From Chrysomallon squamiferum (Eukaryota; Animalia; Mollusca): 64,000 nucleotides of DNA. The translations under genes and the position numbers were made by a program. The stretch lies in assembly GCA_012295275.1 (NCBI GenBank), contig CM022670.1, positions 20,212,001 through 20,276,000 of the forward strand, written 5' to 3'. The notes under the pieces are model-generated. The model had not been told where the DNA came from. It ran no database searches and saw nothing but the letters and a program-made list of their open reading frames with translations. Of this stretch, positions 51,635 to 64,000 are shown in pieces; position 1 is the stretch's first letter, and each line of letters starts with the position of its first letter.

Positions 51635-52758
51635 GTTAGTATTAGAACACACAGTCTAAGCTATTCACATTAAAAAAAAAAAGTCAGTCTGGCTTTTCTT
51701 TGAGATATCATAATGAAGTTTTAAATCATTAATTTAAAATATAAAATTAACCCTTTTTACATCAAAAGCCACAGCTGGGCTTGATCTGATATAGAAATTT
51801 GTGGTTTGGAAACAGTAAAAAGAAACAAATAAATAAAACTGTAAAAGAAAAAAAAAATCTAAATGTTTCATTAATGCCATTTTCAATTGTAATTTGGACA
51901 TTTGTGATTTTTAAAGTGATTACAACATAAACATTTTTTACAACCATTAGCTTAAAAAACTCAAACAAAACAGCAGCTGTTTTGGATTACTGATAACCAG
52001 ATTATTTCTTTAAATTTATTTATATTCTACAAAAATGTTTTAAAAAGTTGTTGTAAGAGGGTTATTTATTTATAACTTGAAAATAATTTAAAATTCCATT
52101 TTAAATAAAATATTACTATATTTTGACTTTATTTATCTTTTACAAATATATCCTTATGGAAAACTGTAAGGGATAATTAAAAATTAAACTGAGATTTAAT
52201 ATGGATATCAAATTCAAAGTATTTGATGGTTTGTTTATTTATATTTTAATAAATATTTTATTTTGGAAAGTTTTCTGCATTTTAAATATTAAGTGAGATC
52301 AGTTATGTGAAACTGAACAGATAATAATTTAAAATTTATAATAATTTTATGTTGTTGCATATCATTGTTATTATATATTTTTGTGTTGAATATGCATCAT
52401 ATTTACAATTTGATATCATTGTATTTGCAACGTTAATCTTTTTAAAAAAAATGTGTTCTTGTGTTGTGTTTTAAAGGTTCTCTGGAAAACTTCAGATATA
52501 CTAAAAAAAAAAAAAAAAAAAATTTTATTTCATCTATTTCCTAGAAGCAATATTAATTTATCATTAATTTTATTTTATTTTATATTTGTAAGTGACATAT
52601 TCATTATATTAAACGTTTAAATAAAATGTTAAAATTTATGTTGTCCTCATATAAAATTAAAAATGTAAAATTTATATAATGAATTCTAGAGAATCTTTAA
52701 TGAGGTGAATGGAAGATGCATGTCAGTTTGTTCAAGATATAATCACACATATTCATTG

Positions 52759-52859
52759 AAAACCTTATATAATGGACACTCTGTATAATAGTCCAACTAC
52801 AAACTAATATAAAAGCAAAAAAAGTCATTAAACTTTAAGTGTCCATTATAAATGGTTTT
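52759..52859. mobile_element. ~100-bp MITE relic / inverted repeat
   Basis: AAAACCTTATATAATGGACACT (52759-52780) and AGTGTCCATTATAAATGGTTTT (52838-52859) are inverted repeats with 2 mismatches in 22. Confidence 0.6.
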
Positions 52860-52993
52860 AAATAAAATAGCATGAGTCACTAAAGTTATTATAATAATTT
52901 TTTTTTTTTTTTTTTTTTTTTTTACAACTGTTCATATATATTTCAGTGGTTTAATTTAATTGTGTCATGTTTTGTGATGTTTCTTAATTACAG

Positions 52994-53049
52994 GTACAAA
53001 TCAAAACACTCCTTACTGCTCTTCAAATACTGCCGGGTACTCAAATCAG
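52994..53049 (+). CDS. eya: eya coding exon H (GTNQNTPYCSSNTAGYSNQ)
   Basis: ttaattacag|GTACAA...ATCAG|gtaggt. Phase 1 to 0 bridges exons G and I. Confidence 0.83.
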
Positions 53050-53421
53050 GTAGGTTGATGATGTTCAGTTATTGAAACAATTTAGTCCTCTTCAAAATAG
53101 GTTCAGAGTTAAAATATTAAAGTCAGTCTAGTTGTTTTAATTGTGTATCATTTATTTTTACTTTTGAAGATACTAAGATCTATATAAATACAATATTATT
53201 GTGTGAAACAACTAGTACTAAAAACATTTTAAAAACAGCATATTATTTTACAAATTAAATATAGATCAAACTGAATAGATAAAGATGTATTAAGTATTCC
53301 GTGTGTTGTCAGAAGCAGGGAATTTAAATGCTTTTTTTTATTATTATTAAATGTGAAAAGGGGAAAAACTTTGGTCTTATGGTTGGATAGGAAGCAAACC
53401 TCAAAAAATATAATAAAAATG

Positions 53422-53453
<32 letters not shown>
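53422..53453. repeat. (ATA)n microsatellite
   Basis: Direct reading. Confidence 0.9.
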
Positions 53454-54483
53454 TATTGTTATTTTAATATTATTTCAACACTGATGTATTCACAAACACA
53501 TTAAAAAAACAATTCTTATTTTAGTTTTAATTCCACCTGTTACATATTAAATGTATTAAAGTCAAAAAATAAATAAATAAACTGAAAACAAATTTAAAAA
53601 AAAATAAATACAAACACAAAAAAAAATGTCACATTAATCAAATCTCCAGCCAAGAAAAAACTGTTTGCGACTCCAAACAGCTCTCAACAGAGAATTTGAG
53701 CATAAACTGCTGATATGGACAATGGGAACCTTTTATCTAACTTGGCCTCTTTTTCCTTTAAATTTGCTACACCTGGGTCTAAATTGTGACAGATCCTTTA
53801 GAAGAATATGAAACAGTTTTAAAATGTGAACAATTTACATCTTATGGCCCAGCAGTAACTTACGTGTGTTATTGTTGAATGTGTCTGTGTCTCGCCAGTA
53901 TGTGTGACTATAAATCTGCTGCCATTGATACACAAGCCAGGATGGCTTCTTTCGTTAAGGATCAGATTTCCCAAAACCATCACGATTTTCGATCATCCTC
54001 AGATCTACCTTTGTTTATGTGAATACAGCTTCAAACAAATCAATGCATTGGCTGGTATTTTTGTCATAATATGATCAATATACTGTTGTTTTTCTTGTGT
54101 GTTTGCATACAGAATATAGACAAACATTTATTTATTTAAAAAAAAATTTTTTTTACATGCTTGTATGCATGCATATGTACATACATGCATGTTAGTATGT
54201 ATGTATATACATACTAACATACATGCCAACTGATATGCATACATACATAATATGTAAACAGAAAAACAAACCTACATACATTCTCTTGACTCAGTTTGAA
54301 AATTTTGGGAAATAACATGTTAGTGTGGAAAACAGTATTTTTAAATTGTATATTATTATTCAATGTATATAAAAAAAAAATGACACTTTAATAATATAAT
54401 TTCATAATATTCATAAAGATATGTGTTTAATAATTCAGTATATTTAGTCTCATTTTCTCAAAGATGTTTGTTCTTTCTTGCAG

Positions 54484-54646
54484 GCTTTAGAAAGTTACTA
54501 CCCAGGTTATGGAACTGCCGCAGCTGCAGCTGGGTACTATCCCAGTTTTCCATACATCCCTACAACATCGTCTGTCTCCTCAGCCGCTGCAGTGCCTTCT
54601 ACACAAACATATCAGCTGGTAGACGTCCCCACAACTACTGCAGCAG
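54484..54646 (+). CDS. eya: eya coding exon I (ALESYYPGYGTAAAAAGYYPSFPYIPTTSSVSSAAAVPSTQTYQLVDVPTTTAA), Tyr-rich Eya domain 2-like region
   Basis: ttctttcttgcag|GCTTTA...CAGCAG|gtttgt, phase 0 to 1. Tyr-rich, with the conserved TYQL motif. Confidence 0.92.
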
Positions 54647-57270
54647 GTTTGTGTTAGTCTATTAACACTTGTGTGAGCTAATGTTGTTTAGCTGTTCATG
54701 AATGATGTTGAATAGTGATTATTGTATTGTGTTTTATGTTTCTGACAGCGTGCACAGTGCGATAAATGCGATTTTAACATGGATGTATACATAGGAGGAA
54801 ATGTGTAGTGAATATTTCGTTCAATATCACTTTGCAAGTTTGAGCGATCACAGCTCAGTTCTGAAATGTTTTGCATAATTTTGCTATCCATAATTTTTAT
54901 ATGGGCTAAATTTTAACAATAACTGCCAATAAAACATTTTAAAATCTCTGAAGTGGGTATGTTTTTGTGTCAAGTTACATGAATGTTAATGAGTAATGTG
55001 GATTTGGATGTGTAAAAGAACTGTGTATGTTTGTGTGTATGTATGTTGTATGTTTCTGGTGTTCCTCTATTGTATATGTTTGTATGTGAGCATCCATGTG
55101 TTTGTGTTGTGTGTGAGTTTAGTATTTCATTTTTTAATATTTAATAATTTTACACTGGCCTTCCATGTTTACTTTCATATAAATAAAACATTTCTTTTTT
55201 TTTAACATTATTTGAACTGAAAAATGCTCATTAATTTAATTTGCCTTAAGCAACATTTTTAAACATGTCAGGCTGGATTTAATGTTTTATACACAGAAAG
55301 ATTTAGAACTGAAATTTCAGTTACTAAGTGAAGCAAACAAAATATGGTTACATTTTTGTTATAATAAATAATTTTGGGGGTGTTGTTTCACTTTTTAAAA
55401 CTGAGTCATTTTTACTTTGTGAAGAAAGCTAGAAAGATATATGATGTGCAACATTTGTTTTTATTTTTTTAAGGTCAAGAACCTTTTTCTTTCTTGCTAA
55501 AGTAAATCTTTGGTAATAGATAGACTAGTCAGGGATTTTTTTATTAACATACAATCATATATTGACTTGGTCCATAATACAAGTATGCTCAGAAATAAAT
55601 ATAAGTGCTGCCATACAAATATATGTACATACATTCAAGTTCTGAAATAATTAGATAATGAAATCCTGATAGGAATGCCGGAATGCTTTAAATATTATTC
55701 AAATGACAGACACACTAAAAAAGATATACTAGGGAAAAACTAAAATAGATGACTTAGTTGTTAAACATTTGTATTGAAAAAGAAATGTATGAAAGAATAA
55801 TTAATAACTGAACACAAAATTCTTTTCCAAGTGTCTAACATTTGACCTAAGTTCACCCAGTTATTTCTTTCTATTTTTCTTTTTTTTTTTTTTAAATTTA
55901 CTTTGAAACATTCATCTCCCAGCAGTCTTTAACAGGCATTTATAAATATCAATTATTTTAACAATAACATGTCTTTGTGGGCCTGGCTCAGGGAAACACA
56001 TTCATTCTCACTAAATAAATCCTGGTATATTTTCCTAGAATGGATGTCCATTTAAAAAAAAAACATGTCCCCTTGATGACTGAAGGAGCCAGAGATTAAA
56101 ACTGTCAGGAGACACAATCAGGCCAGTGACACTGAGAAATCATTTCAGCACCCATTGTTGTCGCCAAGTGGGAAAGAACCACTTTTGACTCTGTTTCCAT
56201 AAATCTTATCCTACACTGACATGATGGCGATGTTGTAAGGACATCGACAATGTGAACGATGCACTTGTCCTGATTTATTCCTGGCCAGTCTGTAATTTGT
56301 CTTGCTGCATATTGTCTCTTTCAAAATGGTACTTTTATTTTTAGCCCATTTCTTTTCATTGTTTCCTCTGTTAAGCTGGTCACTTAATGGATTGAAAAGT
56401 GTCACGGTTCATTGCACCCTGTGAACTGTTGCTGATTCAGTTTCCGTCAGTTTTTCAGTCAGAGATGAGATTTTTAGTTTTTTTGTTTTTTTTCTTTTTT
56501 TACACATTTAGAGAATCAGAAACATTTTTATTATTTGTTTTGTTGCCAGAATTAATCATTGCTGGAAATTTTCCAGTCACAGCACTGTAAACATGTGACA
56601 GTTGTATTGCATAGAGAAAATGGTGTGACACTGCCAACAAAAGAGATTCTTTTTGAAAAGCCAAGGTCTATTAACTGTGCAATGTTTTTTTAATCAACAC
56701 CACAAAACCTCTATTGACTGGATGAAATCTGATAGTTTTCATATTGTTATTCTTGTGTTACATACAATATTTATCTAGACTGGAACACTTTTGTAATTTA
56801 GTTTATTACAATTTTTATTTTATACTTTGACAAAGTAAATTCACCATCTATGTATTAGTTAATGGTGTTGTTGTTGCAATAAAATTGAATGATTTATTTT
56901 GATATTTATTTATTTGATAAATTATTATACTAACTCTGATCTCATATACTTCTTAATATCATAGTTCACAGAAAATATGCCAAACTTTAAGTAAAATCCA
57001 AACCAATGTACTATTATATGTTTCATTTTTCCTATGCAAATTGTGGGAAGCAAGTGTGTGTATGTGTGAATTCATGTTTGTGTTGGCATGTATATGTATG
57101 TTTGTGTGTGCATGTGCGTGTGTGTGTGTGTGTGAATGTGTATGACTGTCTAGAGTATCATTTTGTGTTTGTTTTTAGTTAATTTTAATTTTAATTTTAA
57201 TTTTATTCATTTTTATCATTATTATTTGAAGTTGATGTAAGATTGTCATTGCTGTTTGTTATTTTTTCAG

Positions 57271-57333
57271 CGGAAAGCCAATATGGCTCAACAATGTCAA
57301 GTCCATCTCCACCTCTAAAAGAAAATGGTACAA
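57271..57333 (+). CDS. eya: eya coding exon J (AESQYGSTMSSPSPPLKENGT)
   Basis: attttttcag|CGGAAA...TACAA|gtaagt, phase 1 to 1. SPSPPLKE resembles vertebrate SPSTPIKD. Confidence 0.92.
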
Positions 57334-57829
57334 GTAAGTTTTGTATTACTAGTAGTCAAGTGCAGATCTTTGCTGTTTTAGTCACAATATGATAACCATA
57401 GGTAAACAATAAACTGTTTTTAAAATGGAAGGCTCAATCAAAGAGTGTGAAGTTTAATTCACAAGTTTTCTTGTATGTTAATTAATTTGTTTACATTATA
57501 AAATTTAGAATAATTTAAGTTTATAGTGTAGTCAGAAGTTGGTTACCAGTAAAATTGTCTAGATTGGCCAGTTCCTTATAACATAACCATTCACTGGTTA
57601 TCAGATCATAATTTAATAATTGATTGGACATTATGTTAATAATCCAGCCTTTGATTGGTTGACTGGGAATAATGTATGCAAAGATCTAGCACTTGTAGAA
57701 TAGATAGATCACTTTATAGTTGTTTTGTTGCACATTTTACTAACATACCACCTGAACATACTTACATAAATAAACATAAAAGAACAGATTGTAATAAGTA
57801 ATTGGTGTAGTTCTAGCCTAAAGTATGAC

Positions 57830-58097
57830 AGATCACTGGATCATTTCTTGTTGGTACTTATGTTAGGCTATTCCATTAAATGTGTCCTTACTAATTCTTC
57901 ATATGCAACAGTACATGTACATTTCTGTTTATATATATAATAATAAAAAAACACTTGCTGCTAAATGATAAGAATAGCCTGTAGAGTGTTGGTAGAAGGA
58001 TTGTGCATAAAAACATATCATTTAATAGGGAACTGACAACTAATAACCATTACTAGTAAAACGTGTTAGGTGGTGTTAAGTGAATACTCATTCATTA
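57830..58097 (+). mobile_element. Decayed copy of the dispersed SINE-like repeat
   Basis: aaaaacacttgctgctaaatgataagaatagcc..gtgttaggtggtgttaagtgaatactcattcatt parallels 22470-22610. Confidence 0.4.
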
Positions 58098-58465
58098 ATA
58101 TCAGATCTATTAACTGTGCACCATTTCAGTAGATCTTTCATTACACAAATTTATTTATGAGCTAAATAATTTAAGCATGACTAGAGGAATGAACGGTTAT
58201 TTATTATTTTCTTGCACTTAACTCAAAACATTTGTCATTAACTCTTGACTTTGTTAATATATTTGCCATTGTATTTATAATAAATTGCACCCATTGTTCT
58301 GTTATGAACTATCTCATTTAGTAAAAAATAAAATTATACAGTCATTTTATACAACATTTTTGCTTTACTGTCCCTGTCCAAGGCATTGAATTCTTAAAAA
58401 CAAGGCCATGTTATTGTTCATTTTATTGAGAAAATTTGATTTTATCTTTCACCTTGTAAAATTGT

Positions 58466-58940
58466 TTGATATCAAGTCAGTACATGTAATAATGTATAGC
58501 TTTATATTTAAGTGGATACACATTTTAGAGTATGGCTTGATATCAAATTGTTACATGTAACACTGCATGGCTTGATGTCAGGTTGTTAATGTAATATTGT
58601 CTGGTTAATATGAAGTAGTAGCATGTTATCTTGTACAGCTTGATATCAATGTGTGTATCTGATTTATATCATATCATATTGTAAGGCTTGATAATAAAAT
58701 GTATCACATCATATATGGATTACATCAAGTCGTATGATTATCTTGTATAGCTTATCACTGTCCTGTCATGTCATCTGTCATGGCTTGATATCAAGTTTGT
58801 ATTATTCCATTAAGCTTGGCTTAATGTCAATTTATATTACATAAGGTTATGAAATTGTATCATTTTATCTTTTGTAGCTTTATATTATTTTATTAATACC
58901 ATCTTGTTTGATTAGATATATAGTTTATTATCAAGTTGTA
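58466..58940. repeat. ~35-bp degenerate tandem array with palindromic cores
   Basis: Recurrent GCTTGATATCAAG-like core (about 58466, 58535, 58570, 58638, 58686, 58783) often followed by a TACATGTAA-like block. Confidence 0.75.
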
Positions 58941-59131
58941 ACATTAAGGCTCTATAGAGAGATATATAAAGATATATGTCATATATTACATCAAAATAAT
59001 GCATAACATCTTCCATAACCTGATACCATTTTGTAGTATAGTGTTTGGCAATAAACATTTATTGTTTTAAATGTTGTAATTATTAGGTTAATTTAATTAA
59101 ATTTAATTTATTTTTAAACTATGTTTTTCAG

Positions 59132-59283
59132 GAAGAGGTTCCCGATCTAGAGGTAGAAGTCGTACCCAGCCATCTCCTGGACCCGAGTCAGATCTGGAGA
59201 GAGTTTTTGTTTGGGATCTTGATGAAACCATTATCATCTTTCACTCACTTCTTACTGGTACATATGCTCAGAGATACGCAAAG
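59132..59283 (+). CDS. eya: eya coding exon K: basic segment and start of the Eya domain with HAD phosphatase motif I ([51 protein letters not shown])
   Basis: gtttttcag|GAAGAG...GCAAAG|gtaaga. [21 protein letters not shown] is diagnostic of Eya proteins; the catalytic DxDxT is intact. Confidence 0.98.
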
Positions 59284-59314
59284 GTAAGAAACATTTTTTA
59301 TTATTACCCTTCCA

Positions 59315-59593
59315 AAGGTTGAGAATCCCTTTTCTGAAATGGTTGGAACCTGAAATGTTATGGATTTTGAAACATTAGGATATAGACTGCAAACAGGATG
59401 TAAGTCTGAACTCAAATTCCAAAAAAATAAGCATACACAAATACTATGCAGGATCTTTTTTTTTATATACATAATATTTTTTTTTATGTGCATAAAAAGA
59501 TAAGATAATGTTTATATATGCTAAACATACAGAACAAATTTTGATTCAGGAACTTTTATGATTTCAGAACATCAGATAAGGGATCCTTTGTTC
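59315..59593. mobile_element. Decayed Tigger-like MITE (ends resemble Tigger4/Zombi)
   Basis: Left end AGGTTGAGAATCCCTTTTCTGAAATGGTTGGAACC; right end TCAGATAAGGGATCC is its imperfect inverted copy. The resemblance to Tigger4 termini (CAGGTTGAGTATCCCTTATCCGAAATGCTTGGGACC) is from recall. Confidence 0.65.
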
Positions 59594-61424
59594 AAATAAT
59601 AATAATGTCTATAGTATCAGAATTTTTTTTTTTTTTAAATTGTTATGCTGATATAGTTTGGGAAAAATTCCATGACAGAAATAATGAAGTTACCCATTTA
59701 TAAAAAAATGTCTGGGCAGCACTAATCCTACTGATTTGGTGGACATTGCACTTACCTCATGCTTTGTATATGCATATGTCTATTAATGTAATGTGTCATG
59801 TACAGTTACGATCATAGAGAGAAATAAATTAATTCAGTTTTGAAATTTATTTTGCTTCTGACATGATGTACTGTATGCTGGTTGACTGCTTGTATTGTCT
59901 GGATTTGCTGATTGGAACAATCGTAGACATATTAAACACATTCAGATAATATAGGTATTTGTATTGTTGATTTTTAGTTTTTTAAAATTTATTTATTTAT
60001 TATGTTTTGTTTTCTTCTCTAATAATGATCATAGTGTACTTTTATTTCTTAAAAAATGTACATTACTACTATTTATAATTATACTTACTTTTCTGCCAAT
60101 TGTTTAGAGAGTTTGATAAGATTTATTTTTTCTTGTTAACATTATTATCGGTTCATTTGAACTGAACAAAATATGTCACACTAAGTCTATTTTGAATTGG
60201 TTTTAAATAAAAGATCACAGTTCATGACACACCATTTCTTTGTGTTTGAAATTAAAGAAACATTTGTGAAAATAAGTGAAACTACTCATTACAAATCCAC
60301 AATTCACTTTGTTTAACTGTTTATAAGGCTATATCTCTTTACAAAAAATAAAAGTAAAACTAATTGGTTATAACAAAAGTGGCAAAACAAAAAGAGAGCA
60401 GCAAAAAGAAAAATGACTTTATTTTCTGATCAAAGAAGATTCTGATCCATGAAATGACTTCAATCATTCTACTAATTCCTAACTGTTTTAGATCTAAGAT
60501 TAACTTACAGTGGAAACCAAATCTAATTTGTAAAGGTATGAAAATTAACCAGGTGGTTGGTGATGTATGGAAGTCCAGTAGGGCATGATCACTCATAATT
60601 TATTGCCCTCCATGGGGGACCATAATGTGCTTCCCTTGTCCTTGTCACTCTTGGTCGTGGGTACAATTTCTTGTTGGGTCCTGACTTTATTTGTCCCCTG
60701 TGTGTTTTGGTGGTGTTCTGACATGACCTGAACTGTTAATATACAGTCAGTGCCCAGCTTGTCCAGACAGCTTAAAAATAAATGAGCCATGCATAAATAG
60801 CTTTGGTTTGACAAATGAGCAGATGTTACAGGTGATGACATGTGCATGCTTAATGAACCATGGAAAGGTGTTTGAATGTAATAATACCATCTACATAACA
60901 AAGACTCAAGCAGTCATTTATAGAAAGATTTTTTTTTTTTAAAGTGTGGGACCAAAAATATTATAAATGATCTCATTGCTTCAGTTACAAACTATGGAAA
61001 TAAATTAACAGAAGACTCTTTTCAAAAATTATTTTATTACTGAAATTATGGCCATCATTAAAATATCTTTACATCATTTTAAGTTTAAAGAGTGTCATTT
61101 TAATCTTTACTTGATTGATTATAGTCTCCTGTTATTCAAGTTATAGCTGTATTTAAAATGAGTGCAAAATAAAATTAAGAAGCAGTAAAATAAATAAATA
61201 AATGAGAGGATGAAAATTATCCAGATGTTACAGTAATTCAGGATTTTATACTCAGTCACAAATTGTTGCATTACCATGACCATATTATTTTTTTTTAACA
61301 GCATTTTAATTTTTTAACTTTTTTTTTTTTTTTTTTTTTTACATTTAGAACCTTTCTTCTCTAAAATAATAATTTAAAAACATTATTGTTATAACAGATA
61401 TTTGAATTTGGAAGTCTGATACTA

Positions 61425-61540
61425 TAAGAGAAGAAACTCTTTTTACCATTATATGCACAACTCTTACTCTGAGTTTGCTGTAGACATGAAAGCACATACC
61501 ATCGCCTTTGATACTTGATGCTATTAAGAACAGGCTAAAT
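61425..61540 (-). mobile_element. Decayed copy of the dispersed SINE-like repeat
   Basis: agagaagaaactc..agcacataccatcgcctttgata parallels 42100-42190. Confidence 0.4.
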
Positions 61541-64000
61541 TTTTTTCTTTATCAGTGTTAATATAATTTTAGTGAGATAAGAATGTGTACAGTTTACATA
61601 CTGGGAATATTTTCATTTTCAGCTGCTTTGTTGCTGTTAAGTCAAAGCATTCAGTCTCATGTGTTTTTCATCTGCTTGATTATTTATTCATCATTGCTAT
61701 ATGACACAATAGCTTTTCAAATTATGATAGAGGAGAGAATGTAGGAAATCAATTGAGAAAAAAATGGAAGTAGTGTATCTGTCCTTGGCAGGTGGCATTC
61801 ACAGTGGTTTCAGCAATTTGTTGACAAGTTTTGAGCAGATAGCATGTGCTTTATTATTTTCTTATCAATATGTGGTTATATTACAATTTTTTGATATTAC
61901 ACTGATAGAGATGAAAAGGAAGGGAGAAAAATGAAAAACAGACATTTTTATCATTGAACCAGCATGTTTGATCAATGATGTGGTAACAGCAGGACCCCAT
62001 TTATATACTAAAATCGGAAATTCAAATTATTTACACATAATAATCACAAATACACCATTATTATAAACAAAGTTTAGTCATTTCATTAATTTAATTATTA
62101 CTGGTATTCAAATATATTCATTTTGTTATTATCAAAAATAATTAATCATCTTTTTAAAAAACAATTATTGAGTACATTTATTGATTTTTTAATTTTTTTT
62201 ATCTAATAATTTTTTTTTAAATATTCTTAGTCATTTGTTTGTAAATTAAAATATTTAAATGTTTTGCCCACAGATGAATATATTACTCATTTGTTAAAAC
62301 TGATAATGAAATGGGCTTAAAATACATTTGTTAATGTTCAGGATGTTTTTTTGTATTTTTTGTAGCCTTTTTGGAGTTAATTTTATTATCAGTTTGAATC
62401 TGTGGTCAAACTACATGTAATATTTATTAAAATATACTTAAACCTCAATATTAATATCTTTAAAAGAAAACATTTTAGATCTATATAAGAATTACTTACA
62501 GTTTGCAATAAATATGCCACTTATAAAAAATCCCATGGTGCTAAACTTGAAAACAAGCTACAGTTTATCTTTGCCATTTGTGAAATTCTTAACCAAATGT
62601 TTTGACCCTGCATGTAATTATTGATTTAAACTGTTAAGTATATCACTAAATACAATATTTCTTCTTTGCATAAACAACAATATATGTGTGTGCATATGTG
62701 TGTGTAAAAATTGAGATATTCCTTTTGTTCTCTGTCTTGTATAAAAATCAACCACATTTAAATAGAATCACAGAACTTGTATATGCATTAACACCCTGTC
62801 ACACAACAACAGTAAGGACAATGAGCCGTTAAATAAAGCTGTGTTGAACTGTAAATTGAAAAGGTTTTGACCCTGGTGTCATCAAATTTGTCATCATGAA
62901 GATCTGCAAGATGTCAAAGCCTATCAGTCAATGCTTCACCAAGTCTTCTGATAACTCGCCACATTGAGAGTCTATCTCTTAAACTGTTTAAATGCAAATT
63001 GCCAAAAGATGCGGTGCACACACTCCGTGTTGCTGCAACTGATGTTGTTTGTCTGTCAGGTTGATGTCTGGTTTGTGTCAAGGTACAGCGCTGCAGTAGC
63101 AGTGGAACCTGTTATACAGACTGTTGAAACTTTACATGACTTTATCAGCTATTTCTGTCACTCTCTGACATTATTGGTCTCCCATGCAGTGTGTCTGATT
63201 GCTGCTGTGATAGCCATTAACTTCCAACACTTTTTAAGCTCTTCTCATGTACATTTAATTGCTAGGATGATTAATTCCTGAGTTATTTAAGCGTCCTGAA
63301 ATATTACTGAATTCTAATTTCTGATGATTTTCAGAAAAAGGCAGAGAAAAAAAAACAAAGATAATCTAAAATCTATATTTAAAAAAAACAAATGTTAAAT
63401 ATTCCAAAAATGAAGAACTTTTAAACAAAAATTACTTCAAGGTGTCGTCATACTTGTTTTATCTTTTGAAATTTCACAAATTTCTAGAAAGTGATGTAAT
63501 GCAGCATAGATTTCAAGATTTTCCTTATTACTTATAAAAAAATTAAAAAGTCAGTGTAATTGTTTTGCATACTACACCAATTTGTTTTGGTATCAGGATT
63601 TGATCCAAGCAGATCTCAGACTTAAAGTTAACTATGTTCATACATTTATTTCTTAGCCCTTCTCCGAAACTGAAATAAAAGAAAATGTTCTGAAACTGTC
63701 ACAGTAAATATTGATTTAATGTTTAAAACTGATAAGGCCAATATTTGCTTGTAGATTTCACGGGTGGATCCAGGTGTGTGTGTTGTAGCTTAAACATATC
63801 ACATTTACCTTCTTCAAGGGACAGTATTTCCATCTTATTTAATCAGAAAGACACAAAACACAGGACTTTTATGGATCTGTTTTTCTTTTTCTTTTTCACT
63901 TTGTTAAGTAATTACAGTAGTTTAATGGCTCTGGGAATTAAATTCAGATAAAACCCACTGCAGTCTGTCTTGTTCATCAGGGGAAATCATGTGCAATGAA

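Larger units (their letters stand above)
23537..59283 (+). other. eya: eyes absent gene, partial (11 coding exons in window; 3' part of the Eya domain beyond the window, first exon uncertain)
   Basis: Exon lengths 80+134+75+93+61+239+90+56+163+63+152 = 1206 nt join in one frame with AG/GT boundaries. The peptide has Eya landmarks in the expected order: [56 protein letters not shown]. Confidence 0.97.

Noticed and set aside
54184-54225. Hairpin (14-bp perfect stem, 54189-54220) as a pre-miRNA
   Set aside because: Too short and made of adjacent (TATG)/(CATA) microsatellite words.
58466-58940. CRISPR-like palindromic repeat-spacer array
   Set aside because: The linkers are related to one another and the cores are short and degenerate; this is a decayed eukaryotic minisatellite.
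345-63951. Most ORFs in the six-frame track
   Set aside because: F/L/I/Y/K-rich translations of AT low-complexity DNA and microsatellites. Only 39080..39427 and 47442..47690 overlap real exons in the right frame; 54423..54665 overlaps exon I in the wrong frame, and 23407..23595 and 59245..59493 are antisense shadows.
59600-64000. Next Eya-domain exon
   Set aside because: I found no segment encoding the expected continuation (D...LGL.MEE.IF-type motif); it presumably lies beyond the window.

Overview
Very AT-rich, CpG-poor animal genomic DNA. The style of the dispersed repeats suggests a mollusc or gastropod, but that is an inference. The window holds the 5' and middle part of a single large + strand gene, eyes absent (eya). 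I can join 11 coding exons (23537-59283) by hand with canonical AG/GT boundaries and consistent phases into about 402 codons without a stop. They run from the N-terminal VKR motif through the P/S/T/Y-rich region into the start of the Eya domain ([24 protein letters not shown] motif I). The rest of the Eya domain lies beyond 64000 and the first exon(s) are uncertain. The introns contain a dead Tigger/pogo element, MITE relics, decayed SINE-like copies, microsatellites, several degenerate minisatellites and recurrent GC-richer non-coding islands. The most unusual structure is a ~63-bp tandem array (~13 copies, 39272-40025) whose first unit is the 3' end of an eya coding exon plus its splice donor, so the array multiplies splice signals next to a conserved exon. 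Almost all ORFs in the supplied track are low-complexity artefacts. All motif and family calls are by eye or from recall; no searches were run.
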